Positions 1-11,254 of a DNA stretch of 64,000 nt are shown one piece after another; within the stretch, counting starts at the first letter, position 1; each line of letters opens with the position of its first letter. The notes under the pieces are model-generated. The model was not told the origin of the DNA and searched no databases. It saw nothing but the letters and a program-made list of their open reading frames with translations. The position numbers and the translations under genes were made by a program. Source of the DNA: the human T2T-CHM13v2.0 reference genome, Homo sapiens; NCBI RefSeq assembly GCF_009914755.1, contig NC_060930.1. One strand, 5' to 3'.

Positions 1-1700
1 AGGTGGAAGCAGGTACAAAAGCCCTAGTTCCTGCCAGGAGAGGCCAAGAAACCCAGAGTGGCTGGAGTGGAATGAGAGTGAGGTCAGAGAGGAAGGGTGG
101 TGGTGAGGGGGTACAGACTTTCTAGTCCCTGTAAGCAGTGTAAGGGTTCTAACTTGAGTAAGTTGGGAGCCATTGGAGATTTTGAGCAGTGGAGTGACAT
201 GCCTGACTCACATTTTCAAATGGTCACTTTGATTGCTGTATTGAAAACAACTGTAGGGAAGTAGGAAGACCAGTGAGGAAGCTGTGGCAACAATCTATGC
301 AAAGATGATGATGGCTTGGACAAAGGTAGCCATGGTGGAGGAGTGGCAAGTGGCCACCTTCTGAACACATTTAATACAGAGTGTCAACAGTAATTGCTGA
401 TTGACTAGATGTGTAGTATGAGGGAAAGAAAAGAGTCTAAGATGACTCCAAGGTTTGTGGCCTGAGCAACAGTACAGAACAGAGTTGAGCCCGGAAAAAA
501 ATGAGAGAAATAGGTTGTGGTGGAAGAGGGAAAACATTCACTTTAGACATGTTAAATTTGATATACCTATGATTGAGTAAGCAGTTATGAGTTTGTCCTT
601 TAGAGATTAGAACTAGAAATATACCTTTGAAGTCAACAGCAGCATATAGATGATTTTTAAAGTTATGAGACTGGATAATATCTACAAGTATGTAGTAATG
701 GATGAAAGAGGAGAGGTCCAAGGACCCAGGTCATGGGATGACCTTCTGATGTTGTGAAAATGAGGATGAACCAGTAAAGGGGACTACAAGCAGGGGCTGG
801 TATAATGGAAATCATCCAAAAGGGCATGTGTCCTGGATACCAAATAAAGGAAGTGATTTAAATAAAAGGACGTGCGCAACTATGTCGAATGTTGCTGAAA
901 GTTCAAATAAAATAGGGACTGAGAATTGGCTTTTGGGTTTATCAACAGGGAAGTCATTGGTGATTGTATGAAGAGCATTGGTGAAATGGTTAGGAGTAAA
1001 ATACTTATCAGAGTGAATTTAGAGAAGAATAGGAGAAAAGAAATTGGAGACACTCTGGATAACCTTTTTGAGAGATTTTGCTATAAAGGAGAGTACTGAC
1101 ATGTGATTGATAGTGATTAGATGGGAAAGTGGGATGAAGAGAAGGATAGTTTTAAGATGGGAGATTTTTTTCCCCCTTATGGAATGACCCAGGAGAGAGA
1201 GAAAAAATGCTGAAGCAGAGATGAGAGAGGCTGAAGTGATAGAGAAGGAAATCTCATGCAAAAGTGGAGGGGTTGGCACAAAATAAGAACATGGAAAGTT
1301 TGCCTGTGGTAGTGGAAAGAAAAGCAGAGTTGATGGCCTCCAGTACAGGTAGATGAATAGATATGAAGGGAGCTTGTGAAAACCATCTTTTAATTGCTTC
1401 TATTTTAACAGTGAAAGAAGGAGCAAAAGTCGTAGGCTAACAGTGACGATGGAGAATAGGATATTGGCAGTTTGGAAGAGGTAAGGTAAAAAAACTGAGA
1501 AAAAGATGGCATAGGTAAATAACTGTATGAACTCAGGACATGTGGTATTATTATTCTATAGTACTAAGATTTTACTTGAAGTTTTGGTCATGATTTAAAG
1601 ACCTGTCAACATGTGGTTTTCTCCAGCCTCATTCAGCTTTGGGAATGCACCTATGCCACATTTGCACACTTGCACAGAAGAGTTGTACTCAGTTAGAATT
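1..1700 (-). mobile_element. LINE-2 (L2) fragment, antisense; resumes at ~2725-2975 and ~3330-3385 after nested insertions
   Basis: Antisense L2 hallmarks such as gggagccattggagattttgagcagtggagtgacatg and gatgatggcttggac; purine-rich decayed ORF2 region. Confidence 0.8.
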
Positions 1701-1704
1701 GAGG

Positions 1705-2724
1705 TGTTTCAGTTATCTATTGCTACATAACAAATCTCCAAATGCAGTCATTTAAAAACGACTACAGTTTATTGTTTCTTCCGAGTCTATGGTTTGACCT
1801 GTTGATCTTCTGCTTCACAAGGCGTGAGGCTGGGCTGCAGTGATATGGTGCACTTGACTGGGCTGAAATGTTCACAATAGCTCATTCACATGTCTTTCTG
1901 GATGGCTAGAAGTGGATATAATTCCTTTAAAAACTTTGTGAGTTCCTGTGTATCAAATTACAATCCATTCCATTAGACAGAAGCCTCCATAGCCAAACTC
2001 ACCCTTCATTAGGGACCCTTTTTCCGATGATATAACAGTTTTTGCTAATTTTTTGGTCAGTACGTAACTTAGGTACCCCCTGTTTTCCAGCCTCCAAGAG
2101 CAATTTCTTCACTGCCCTTACTGTCTTCACTAATAGTCTTCCTGAAGCTTTTCCAGCTTCTATCTGGTCCCAAAGTCAATGTCACTGATTTTAGGTTTTT
2201 GTTATCTCAGCACTGCACTTGTAGGAACCAAGTTCTATCACATTTGTCTATTGCTATGTTACAAGGATCCTCAAAACTTAATAGCTTAAAGCAATAGCAA
2301 TGTATTATTTCTCACAGTTATGGGGGCTGACCAAGCTGTTCTTTTGACTCATATCGTATCGGCTAGGGCTGCAACCATCTGGGCTTAACTGAGCTAGTGT
2401 CTTGGCAGAGACAGATGTAAGGTTGGGTTCAGCTAGGAACTGGGGATGACGACATCTCTTCTCCATTAAGGTCTCTTCATATAGTGTCTCTACATGGTCC
2501 TGCCAGCATGGTAGCTGAATTTCTACATGGTAGCTTACGGTTCACTGAAGTGCAAATACAGAAGCTGCCAGTCCTGGATGGGGCACAGTGTTACTTCCAC
2601 TGCACTCTATTGGTTAAAGTGAGTCACAGGTCAACCAGATTCAATATGAAAGGGGGTCTACAAAAGGGAATGAATACTGGGAGGTGTGTTTCATTGGGAG
2701 CTATCTTTGAAGAACAGATACCAC
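1705..2724 (-). mobile_element. ERVL-MaLR (MLT1-type) remnant: partial LTR 1705-~1900, internal segment, second LTR 2236-2724
   Basis: Two MLT1 antisense LTR starts (tgtttcagttatctattgctacataac; tatcacatttgtctattgctatgttac); MaLR internal 5' end (ttccagc...tcccaaagtc...ttttagg...ggaaccaagttc) abuts the second LTR. Confidence 0.7.
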
Positions 2725-2984
2725 CTCAGATGAGGTGGGTAAAGTAGAAGGGGGCAAAGGAGCTGAGAAAATATGAAGAGAGTGATTTTCATGATGAAGC
2801 ATGGAATTTAAGCTGAGTAAGGGACACTTTTAAAAAGTTGGGGGAGGGTCATTGTAAAGGTGATGGAATCACTGGGTCCTCATGGAGTTGAAAAGATTTT
2901 TATTGAGATAGGAGAGAGAGTGAACTGGAAAGTTAGGAAGAACATGGGAAGTAGGATGCTTAAAACTGGATCATGCCATGAGCA

Positions 2985-3297
2985 GGCGGCCGGGAGGTGG
3001 GGAGGACTGGGAAGATTTTGGTCAAAGGGTACACAATTTCTGTTAGACGGGAGGAATAAATTCAAGAGATGTATTGTATAACATGGTGACTATAGTTAAA
3101 TACAATGTGTTATATATATACTTGAAAAGTGCTGAGAGATTTTAAGTGTTCTCATCACAAATGATAGGGATGTGAGGTAATGCATATGTTAATTAGGTTG
3201 ATTTAGCCATTCTGTAATGTATAGGTATTTAAAAACATCATGTTGTACACTATAAACCTATACAATTTTTATTTGTAATTAAAAAATTAAAATAATC
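2985..3297 (+). mobile_element. L1MA-type 3' end
   Basis: ggtcaaagggtacacaatttc...acatggtgactatagttaa...gtgaggtaatgcatatgttaattag...A-rich tail. Confidence 0.85.
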
Positions 3298-3391
3298 AAA
3301 TTGAATAGTTTTTTTTCTTTGGGGAAAAAAAGATTATGGAGGAGTTGTAGGTATTGATGATGCCAAAGTCTAAGGCAGGGGAACATCCCTG

Positions 3392-3546
3392 GCATCCCTT
3401 CAAGAGTGTATAAAAATTACCAGTGCCTGGGCTTCTTTCCAGACCAATGAAATCAGAATCTCTGTGGTGGGTCTGAATTGTTTTTTTTGTTTTTTTTTTT
3501 TAGCTTGCCAGGTGATTCTAGCATCCATCTAGGGCTGAGGAACAGT
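3392..3546. mobile_element. hAT-Charlie MITE, MER5-like
   Basis: ccagaccaatgaaatcagaatctctg...ccaggtgattct. Confidence 0.65.
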
Positions 3547-3554
3547 TATCGTAA

Positions 3555-3750
3555 GTAAGTCATTTATGAAATGCCTACCACAGTGTGTGCCAAGCACTAC
3601 CGTGAATCCTTTTTACATCCCCTCACTTTGTATTCACTAAGTTCTGTGAGATACAACTATTCTTATCTCCATTTCACAGATGAGGAAACTGAGGCTTAGG
3701 GAGATTAATCAGGTCCACCTGACATCAAAGCCATATTCTTAACCACTACT
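3555..3750 (-). mobile_element. MIR SINE
   Basis: MIR core ccatttcacagatgaggaaactgaggc. Confidence 0.85.
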
Positions 3751-4359
3751 ATTTTCTAATTTCTTTTTTCCAATAAATGTGTGGATTTTGGGGCAAATCA
3801 AGGATATTTTTACAAATTCTTAGAAATGCACTTAATGTCTGCTCCTTAAGCAAGCGTTTCTGCATATTGATCATATATTATTATTTCTTTAGACAGATTT
3901 TGAATTATGACCAGCTGATGTCACTTTATTATTAGTTCAAACCTCATGGTATCTGAACCCAATTAGACAGAAGGGATGCCATGGGCATCCTCACAGTCCA
4001 CGGGCTGTTAGAGGAAATCTGAAAACAATATTTTGTACTTCTCTATCTACCCTTTACTCATTTAGAGTAATCCATGCAAGGCATTTTTAGAAAGTAAAAT
4101 TTGGAGAGAATTTTAGATCAGAAAAGTGAAAACTGTCAGGTGCTTAGGTAAGAATTAAATTTGACGCGGATAGTCAAATAGCGGACTCTTTGGAGAGTAT
4201 AGTCACTCAAATCACAAGCCAGAAGTGTCATTTGATATTAAAATTTTCACTTAGAAAGACCAAGTATCTAAACGTTTTGACAGACAAGGAAGGACATTTC
4301 ATCTTACAAGTGTCCCTCTGGTAATCTATTGCATACCCTTTTTTACTATTAAGACTTGG

Positions 4360-4630
4360 CTCTAATTCTCCTCCCTCTAAGAAACTTTTCTGATATGCCA
4401 TACTCCACCTTGGCTACCCCCTCATGTTCTGTCCATTCATATTTATGCCAAAAATTGTTCTGATGCCAGTTAATCTATAGTTTGTATGTTTCTCCAATGA
4501 AACTACAAACTTCTTGAGGTCAGAGACCCTATATCCTTCTTCTTTTTTTTTTTAACTTTCACGCTGCAATGCCCGATATGCTGGGCATGTGGTTGATACT
4601 TGACTAATAAATAAGTGTTGGATGAATGAA
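4360..4630 (+). mobile_element. L2 3' end
   Basis: aaacttcttgaggtcagagacc...taataaataagtgttggatgaatgaa terminal motif. Confidence 0.7.
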
Positions 4631-4704
4631 CTATTACTCAACTGGGGACCTTAGAAATATTCCTACTGAAGGTAGCACCAGGAAAGAACAGCTGGATTTT
4701 CACG

Positions 4705-4880
4705 CATGTAACTTTATTTAGCCGTGGCAATAACTCTGTGACAGTGGTGTTATTAATATTACCACTCAATAGAAGAAGAAACTGAAGCTTTGAGAAATTA
4801 AATAGTTTACCCAAGTTTAAGTGGCTGGAATTATCATGACTCAAATTCAGAGTTGTTTGTTTTTGCTGTCTCTACCACTT
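4705..4880 (-). mobile_element. MIR SINE (diverged)
   Basis: gaagaaactgaagctttgagaaattaaatagtttacccaag. Confidence 0.6.
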
Positions 4881-4892
4881 TGAGCTACTGCA

Positions 4893-5401
4893 GTGTTAGG
4901 GGCTTTTCTTTTCTAGCACAGGTGATGGTAAACCAACTCAAACTAGCTTGGCCTTAAAGAGGATTGTTATTGGAAGAGTCATAGAATAACGGGAAGGTCT
5001 GCAGAAGCCAGGGTTGTTCTGAGAACATTGGTGATGGGAACTGAGAAGAGGCTGCCTGGGCTAGACCCGTCTCTGCTTGGCTCCTGTCTCTCCTCCTGAA
5101 GAGGGCTTTCCTCTCTGTGTATCGGGGGAGGGTGAGGGGAAAGAGGCATGATGATCACTAGGAGCCCCAGACTCAAATCCTTCTTCTTTCATGACTTAAA
5201 AGCTCCCAATGCATGTATTATCTCCTAAAACCTTATTTGTCAAACTGAACTTAATGTGCCTCACAGGAAATCTCTCTGGAGGAAGAAAAGCAAACCATTC
5301 AATGGTGTTAGAATACAGTGTCCTAAAGAGGCACAGTGCTGGCCTGGGTGATGAATGGCCAACCGGGTACCCTAAAGAGATGAAGGCTGACGTGTATCAC
5401 A
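4893..5401 (-). mobile_element. Old MaLR LTR (MLT1J/K-like)
   Basis: caggtgatggtaaaccaactcaaactagcttgg...ttattgg matches the antisense MLT1J/K start. Confidence 0.55.
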
Positions 5402-5959
5402 TCCTCCCTGCTTTCATCCCACACTGCTCGCACCTATGGCCAGATCTCTGTGTCCACCCAAATCATCATTTTGCTGTTCTTAATACATACGTTTGTAGAA
5501 GGTACACACACAATGTTTAAAAAAGGATCTAATTTGGTGTTAACAGACAACCAGGTTCTTAATGCCTTAAGGATAACAATGATTATATTTTTCTCCTTAC
5601 ATTGGCCCTTTTCTCTTAAACTGATTAAATCAGTTGCTAGTACTAGGGAAAAAAATGACTGAATTGACATTATCACCGTGCCAGGATTTCCTATGCGTTT
5701 TGAGGCAGTATAATGTGCACCGGTTTTCTATTTTTTCTTTTCTCTCTCTCTCTCTTTTTTTTTTTTTTGCCAACGATCTCCTTGTTTAAACAAAAATTTA
5801 TCCAGTCTCCCAACATGTGAAACAGATAAAAACTGAGGGAACTTGGAAAGGGGTCCAGTGTCCCTGTCTTCCTTTTCTGCGATGCTTCTTTTAGGTAGAC
5901 TCAGAGGAGGCTTCTCAGGATAGACTTTGAACACCCTGGTGGAGTGGGAGGACCCTGCA

Positions 5960-6135
5960 TTAGAAGCCAGAAGGCTCGTGTTGAAGATCTGGTTCTGCTA
6001 GTAATTACTTGTGCAACCTTTAGCAAGACATTTAACCTCTGTCTTTTTCCAGTGATAAAATTATACTTGCCCTTTCCAACTTGCAGGTTGTTGTGTGGAC
6101 TAAATGACATAATAGATATAAAAGTGCTTTAAAAA
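5960..6135 (+). mobile_element. MIR SINE
   Basis: tgtgcaacctttagcaagacatttaacctctg...ggttgttgtgtggactaaatga...aaagtgcttt. Confidence 0.7.
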
Positions 6136-8454
6136 TGGCAAAAAATTAGTTTAACCATGGAAAATCCTTCATTGCATTTATATGTCAATACATATTTGTT
6201 GATGTTGACTGAACTTTGCAACCTAGGTAACAAAAATAACTAAGGATGTTCCACTTTTAAACATTTTGTGGTTCTAATAGCACTGAGGTAGAATACACAT
6301 TAAAGTATTGAAATGGAATATATTTTTTGTGTATATAAGTAGGACAATGTCAGTTTTACCAATCATCCAAAGTTAGAAAGGTGATCAATCATTAGTTAGG
6401 TGCTTGGTCCTGAGAAAAGTCTACGGAAGAGAAGGAAAAAAGTTTAGAGTATAAAGGTAATTTTTATGAGCAGCAATGATAAATTCCATGAACTCCTGGG
6501 ATAAGATCATCTGAATTAATTGGCATCACCATCAATCAAAGGCTGTTGATTGCTCTAGTAAAAGGGTGTAAATCCCATGAAATGAAAGTGGGGCTGAAAA
6601 ATATCAATCTATTTTAGCCTGCTGTTAAGAAAGGAAATGGGTAGCGCTGTTCAAATGTTGTATTTCCACTTGCTAAATTCAACAATTAGAACCACACTTT
6701 CATGAATTAACCTGTTAAGTGAATAAATCTTCTCTTCAACAGTTTCATGTCATTGGTTCAAATGGTGTAATGTTTCTCACATAAAGAACTTAAGAAGAAT
6801 AAATCCATTAGGGAAATCGGTGGAATTTATTGTACTCTAAGGCCGTGCATTTAAACAGACCTCAACTGTACAAGAACACATAATGGCCTTGTGTTTGAGG
6901 ACTGTCAATTCTAGATCTGCAACAAGCATTATAAGAAACCAACAAACGGTGCGTGTATTTATTCCACCTCTCTTCACACTGGGCACTGTGCTTCTTTGTG
7001 TGTGTATCTTACCAAATGCTGAGTAGCTTGTTCCCAGGAGATTAGTGGAGAAGACTCTGTTCCCCAGGTGAACCATTTCTATTTAATTTTTATTTATATT
7101 TCCAGTGAAATCTGTACTTTCCTCATTTCTACAACTGTGGAAAAAATAAAATCTGTAAGCTGACCCAAAATTTCTGTTGGCCACATCAGAAACTTCCGAA
7201 AACACCATTTACAAGTTATATCATTTCCCTCAAATGAGCCAATTTTTTTCTCCTTTTACTCTAGGGGTTAAAAAGAAAGCCCCTCTACCTTTGCCATAAA
7301 TATCAACAGGTCAGGGGAAAGCTGTTTATTTTTCTCCTGAAGCACATTAATGCTACCAACCAACAACAGCAGCCTTTAAAACTCAGAATGCAAGACTAGA
7401 AGGAGCCAGCCACAACTCCCCCGGAGTAATGGCAAACACTTTTTCACCTCAGGCTATTCGTGAGAAAGGATTTTCTTTTTTTCTTTTAGGGCCTCTTTTC
7501 CTATTCACTGATATTCACCCCTAACCCCACATCAGGGAGAATGAAAAGGTTCAGGGATACTTTAAAGTTGGGCTATTGGAAAGTTAAAAGCCTTAAATTG
7601 TAGAATAAACATTGACTACTTCGAGCTCATGTTTTTCACCACAAACTAGGTGAAGATGTATTTTCTCACAGATCCCTTGATTAGGAAATTTTAAAAACAA
7701 TTCAAATATATAAATAAAATACATAAATTAAAAATTTTTTTCATGAATGTTCTGGAATATTCAGGCTAGAAAACTTTGTGCCCGTTGCCAGAAAGTCCTA
7801 GCTTTTACACAGCGGTTAATGCTTATCTCCAGGGAACAACTGACTTCATAAGTTCTTTAGACATCTCGACAATCAGGAGTGCTAAGTTTCTTAAAGGTAA
7901 GCCTCACATTGTGGATTACGGTGGTAGACAAGTAAGACAAGCAAAACCAAACTGAACACATGTTGATCATTTCAGCAATGCAAGTTCTATTATGGTTGGA
8001 AGGGCAATGCTTTCCGTAGCTGCTTGATCTTTATGAATCCATTTGCTTCTTTACTATCCCAGTAACTATAACTATTCTTGTTGCCTTCCTTTTTTTTCGA
8101 ACAATCTTGAATTCTTTTCTCTACCTTGAGTTCCTTGGGTTGTGTTTTTCATCAATTCCAGTACTGACAATAGTTCTTTATTAAAATTCTGAAAGGTATT
8201 CAGAGAACTCACTGACTATTAAAACCAGGAAGCTGCTAAAATTCAGAGCAATCAGAGAAGAGACATGATCTTTCCAAGGATATAGAACTAATTTTTGCCA
8301 GGTTGTTGGAAAAGCCCAGATTTCTGGACTATGACAATCACCTGCTTTTTCCATCACACCAATCCCATCTATAAGTTAGTTGTGAGTGTACACCTGCAAT
8401 CTTTTTCTATAAACAAAGGCTTTCCTCCCATACTTAATTCTCCACTCTGCACTG

Positions 8455-8720
8455 CTATTCCACTCAGAGTTAGGGACCATAAATCATTCATCTTTCACAC
8501 TGAGCATCTCCTATAGTGCCTAACACGCAGTGGATGCTCAATAGCATTGTACACCACCTCCATTTACTATTGAATACTTCTCTAATCTGCTCATGAATAG
8601 GTCTTCTGAACTTGATTACAAACTCCCCAAAGGCATAGATTATACCCTGTTATTTCCAAGATATAACAACAGTTCTAGTAGTGTTTAGTACATGTAGGCT
8701 ATTTTTTTAGAAGTTGAAAG
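8455..8720 (+). mobile_element. Two short L2 3'-end fragments
   Basis: tagtgcctaacacgcagtggatgctcaata; gattacaaactccccaaaggcatagattat. Confidence 0.5.
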
Positions 8721-8767
8721 TAGAGAACAATGTCATAGAATGACATCAACCCAATTTTCTGAAGTAC

Positions 8768-9249
8768 TGTGGTAGGCTGAATAATGGTATCCCAAAGATG
8801 TCCATGTCCCAATCCCTGGAACCTGTGAATGTTACTTGTATGGCAAAAGGGACTTTGCAGATGTGATTAATTTAAGGATCTTGAGATGGGAAGATTACTC
8901 TGGATTATCCAGGTGGGCCCACTGTTATCATAACAGTTCCTATAAGAGGATGCGGGAGGAGTCAAATCAGAGAAGGTGATGTGATCCTGGAAGGAGAGAT
9001 AAGAGTGATGTGCTTTAAAGATGGAGGAAGGGGCCACAAGCCAAGCAATACAGGTGGTCACTAGAAGCTGAAAAAGGCAAGGAAACAGATTTTCCCCTCA
9101 GAGCCTCCAGAAGGTACCAGCTCTGCTGACATCTTGAGTTTAACCTAGTAAAATGATATTGGACCTCTGACTTCAGAATAAATTTACATTGTCTTAACCA
9201 ACTGAGTTCGTGGTACTTTGTTACAGCAGAATTACAGGAGAATGATGGA
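8768..9249 (+). mobile_element. Solo MaLR LTR, MLT1D-like, with intact TSD
   Basis: tgtggtaggctgaataatgg...ggcaaaagggactttgcagatgtgattaa; TSD agtac at 8763-8767 and 9250-9254. Confidence 0.9.
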
Positions 9250-9263
9250 AGTACCATGAAGGC

Positions 9264-9564
9264 TTTTTTTTTTTTTTTTTTTTTTTTTTGACAGAGTCTC
9301 ACTCTGTCGTCCAGGTTGGAGTGCAGTGGCATGATCTCAGCTCACTGCAACCTCTGTCTCCCTCAAGCAATTCTCATGCCTCAGCCTCCTGAGTAGCTGG
9401 CACTACAGGCCTGTGCTACCATGTGCAGCTACTTTTTGTATTTTTAGTAGAGACAGGGTTTCACCATGTTGGCCAGGCTGGTTTTGAACTCCTGACCTCA
9501 AGTGATCTGCCCGCCTTGGCCTCCCAAGTGCTGAGATTTCAGGTGTGAGCCACTGCACCCGGTC
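9264..9564 (-). mobile_element. AluS (Sx/Sz-like)
   Basis: Dimeric Alu with poly-T; TSD catgaaggc/cataaaggc. Confidence 0.95.
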
Positions 9565-10079
9565 CATAAAGGCAATTTTTGCAAACTGAAAAAGTAAAAT
9601 ACACAACCACATATACGATAAAAACATTGAATAACAGAATGGACAGGACTTTGAAAAATTATCTTTCTAGTCACCTGACCTGAGACAAAGGACAGTTTGT
9701 AGGAGAAATAGTTTGTCCATTCTCTTTTTAAACACTTCTAGGAACAATGATACCATTTTATTTTGTTTTGTTTCATTCTTTTAGGTTGGCAGAAGATAAA
9801 ATTCTGCTTGCCTTTCATTCACTTAAAACATATATAATTTATTTTTTGGTTTTTGCCCAAAGGGGAGAAAAAGCTGAGCTGTGTGGTTGGTAGGCAGGCA
9901 ACTTCACCTGCAATCTTTCCAATATAGATTTGTATCTGGAGATACCAGTAGTGGCAATCAAGCAAAACAATCCAATAAACAGACGGTTTTGGAGACAAAA
10001 TATCTAGTTTTCTTGAAGCCAATTCACTTCTGCTGTGGTCTTGCCTTGACCTCACTTCTACTTTTTAAATCCCACGATT

Positions 10080-10100
10080 TGTGTGTGTGTGTGTGTGTGT
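10080..10100. repeat. (TG)n microsatellite
   Basis: Direct reading. Confidence 0.95.
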
Positions 10101-10928
10101 TATTCATCTGAACTAAGCTCACCCTTGGCTTATGAAACATGTGAATTGGAAAGCTGTTCTCAAAATGAGCTCTCTCCTGGAGGATTTCCCAAAGCTCAGA
10201 CTGCTTTAATTACATAACCAAGAAGTTTTCAATGAACTGTTTTGAACCTGGCATTCACAATACACTTGCCTTGTACTGAGCGATAGCTTTATGACAGGAA
10301 GCTTTGTTAGCTGGACCACCCGGGGAATGCAGCTTGAATAGAATATGGCCGCCTGTAGACTCAGGAATGTGGGCTTCTCTGGACACGCCACACCTGTGTT
10401 CCCTTAGCTGCCCCCAGCTCCTGCTTATTTCCCATGTAATTCAAGGTGTTGAACTTAATCCATAGAGTTATGCATCAATAGCCTCATTTATGGGTCCCTC
10501 TCTGGCCCTGGCTATGCTAGAAATCTCTTCCCAGGCAGTCTGAAGGTGCTGGAAGGTGTGCGGATTATGCCTTCAAATGATACCTGAGACATGATGGAAC
10601 TGTGTTTATGCAACAGCCCCCAAATTGTTTGAGAGTGAAACCTTTAGGATTCCCCAAATTGCCCATTTCAGTTTTGACTGAATTTACCACCTTCACAATC
10701 AAAAGCAAAATAAAAAAGCATTATTTAGGTTAAGAGACCAACCTGATTTAAACACAATTTTTCTATCTGACAGAGATTCCTGTAATTTCTATCTGTTTGG
10801 TTTGTGTTTCAAACAAATTGACAGAGCTTGCCTCACCACATTGCATTTCTTCTTCTGGCAAGGCATCATAAAAAAAAAAAAATCATTCCGCCATCATCTG
10901 GCTTCCACTGATGCTGCTTTTCCCCCCC

Positions 10929-11228
10929 ATTCTTTTTACTGTGGTAAAATATACATAACAAAAAAATCATTTTAACCATTTTAAATGCACAGTTCAGTGG
11001 CATTTTGTACATTCTCATTGTTGTGCCACCATCACCACCATCCACCTCCAGAAATTTTTCATCTTCCTATACTGAATCTCTGTCCCCATTAAAAACTAAC
11101 TCCCCATTCCCCTTCCCTGGTCCCTGAACCCACCGTTCCACTTTCTGTCTCTATGAATTTAACTACTCTAGGTACTTCATATAGTTGGAATTATACAGGA
11201 TTCATTATTTTGTGACTGGCTTATTTTG
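10929..11228 (-). mobile_element. L1MB-type 3' end
   Basis: tgtggtaaaatatacataac...cagttcagtggcatt...ctttctgtctctatgaattt. Confidence 0.85.
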
Positions 11229-11254
11229 ATGTTGCTATTTTTTTAAAAAAAAAA

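Noticed and set aside
4159-4179. Small hairpin atttgac-gcggata-gtcaaat
   Set aside because: A 7-bp stem is expected by chance in 64 kb
7880-7905. AG|GTAAG as a recursive splice site (similar motifs near 14147, 16540, 20955)
   Set aside because: Polypyrimidine tracts too short or the acceptor is AAG; expected by chance
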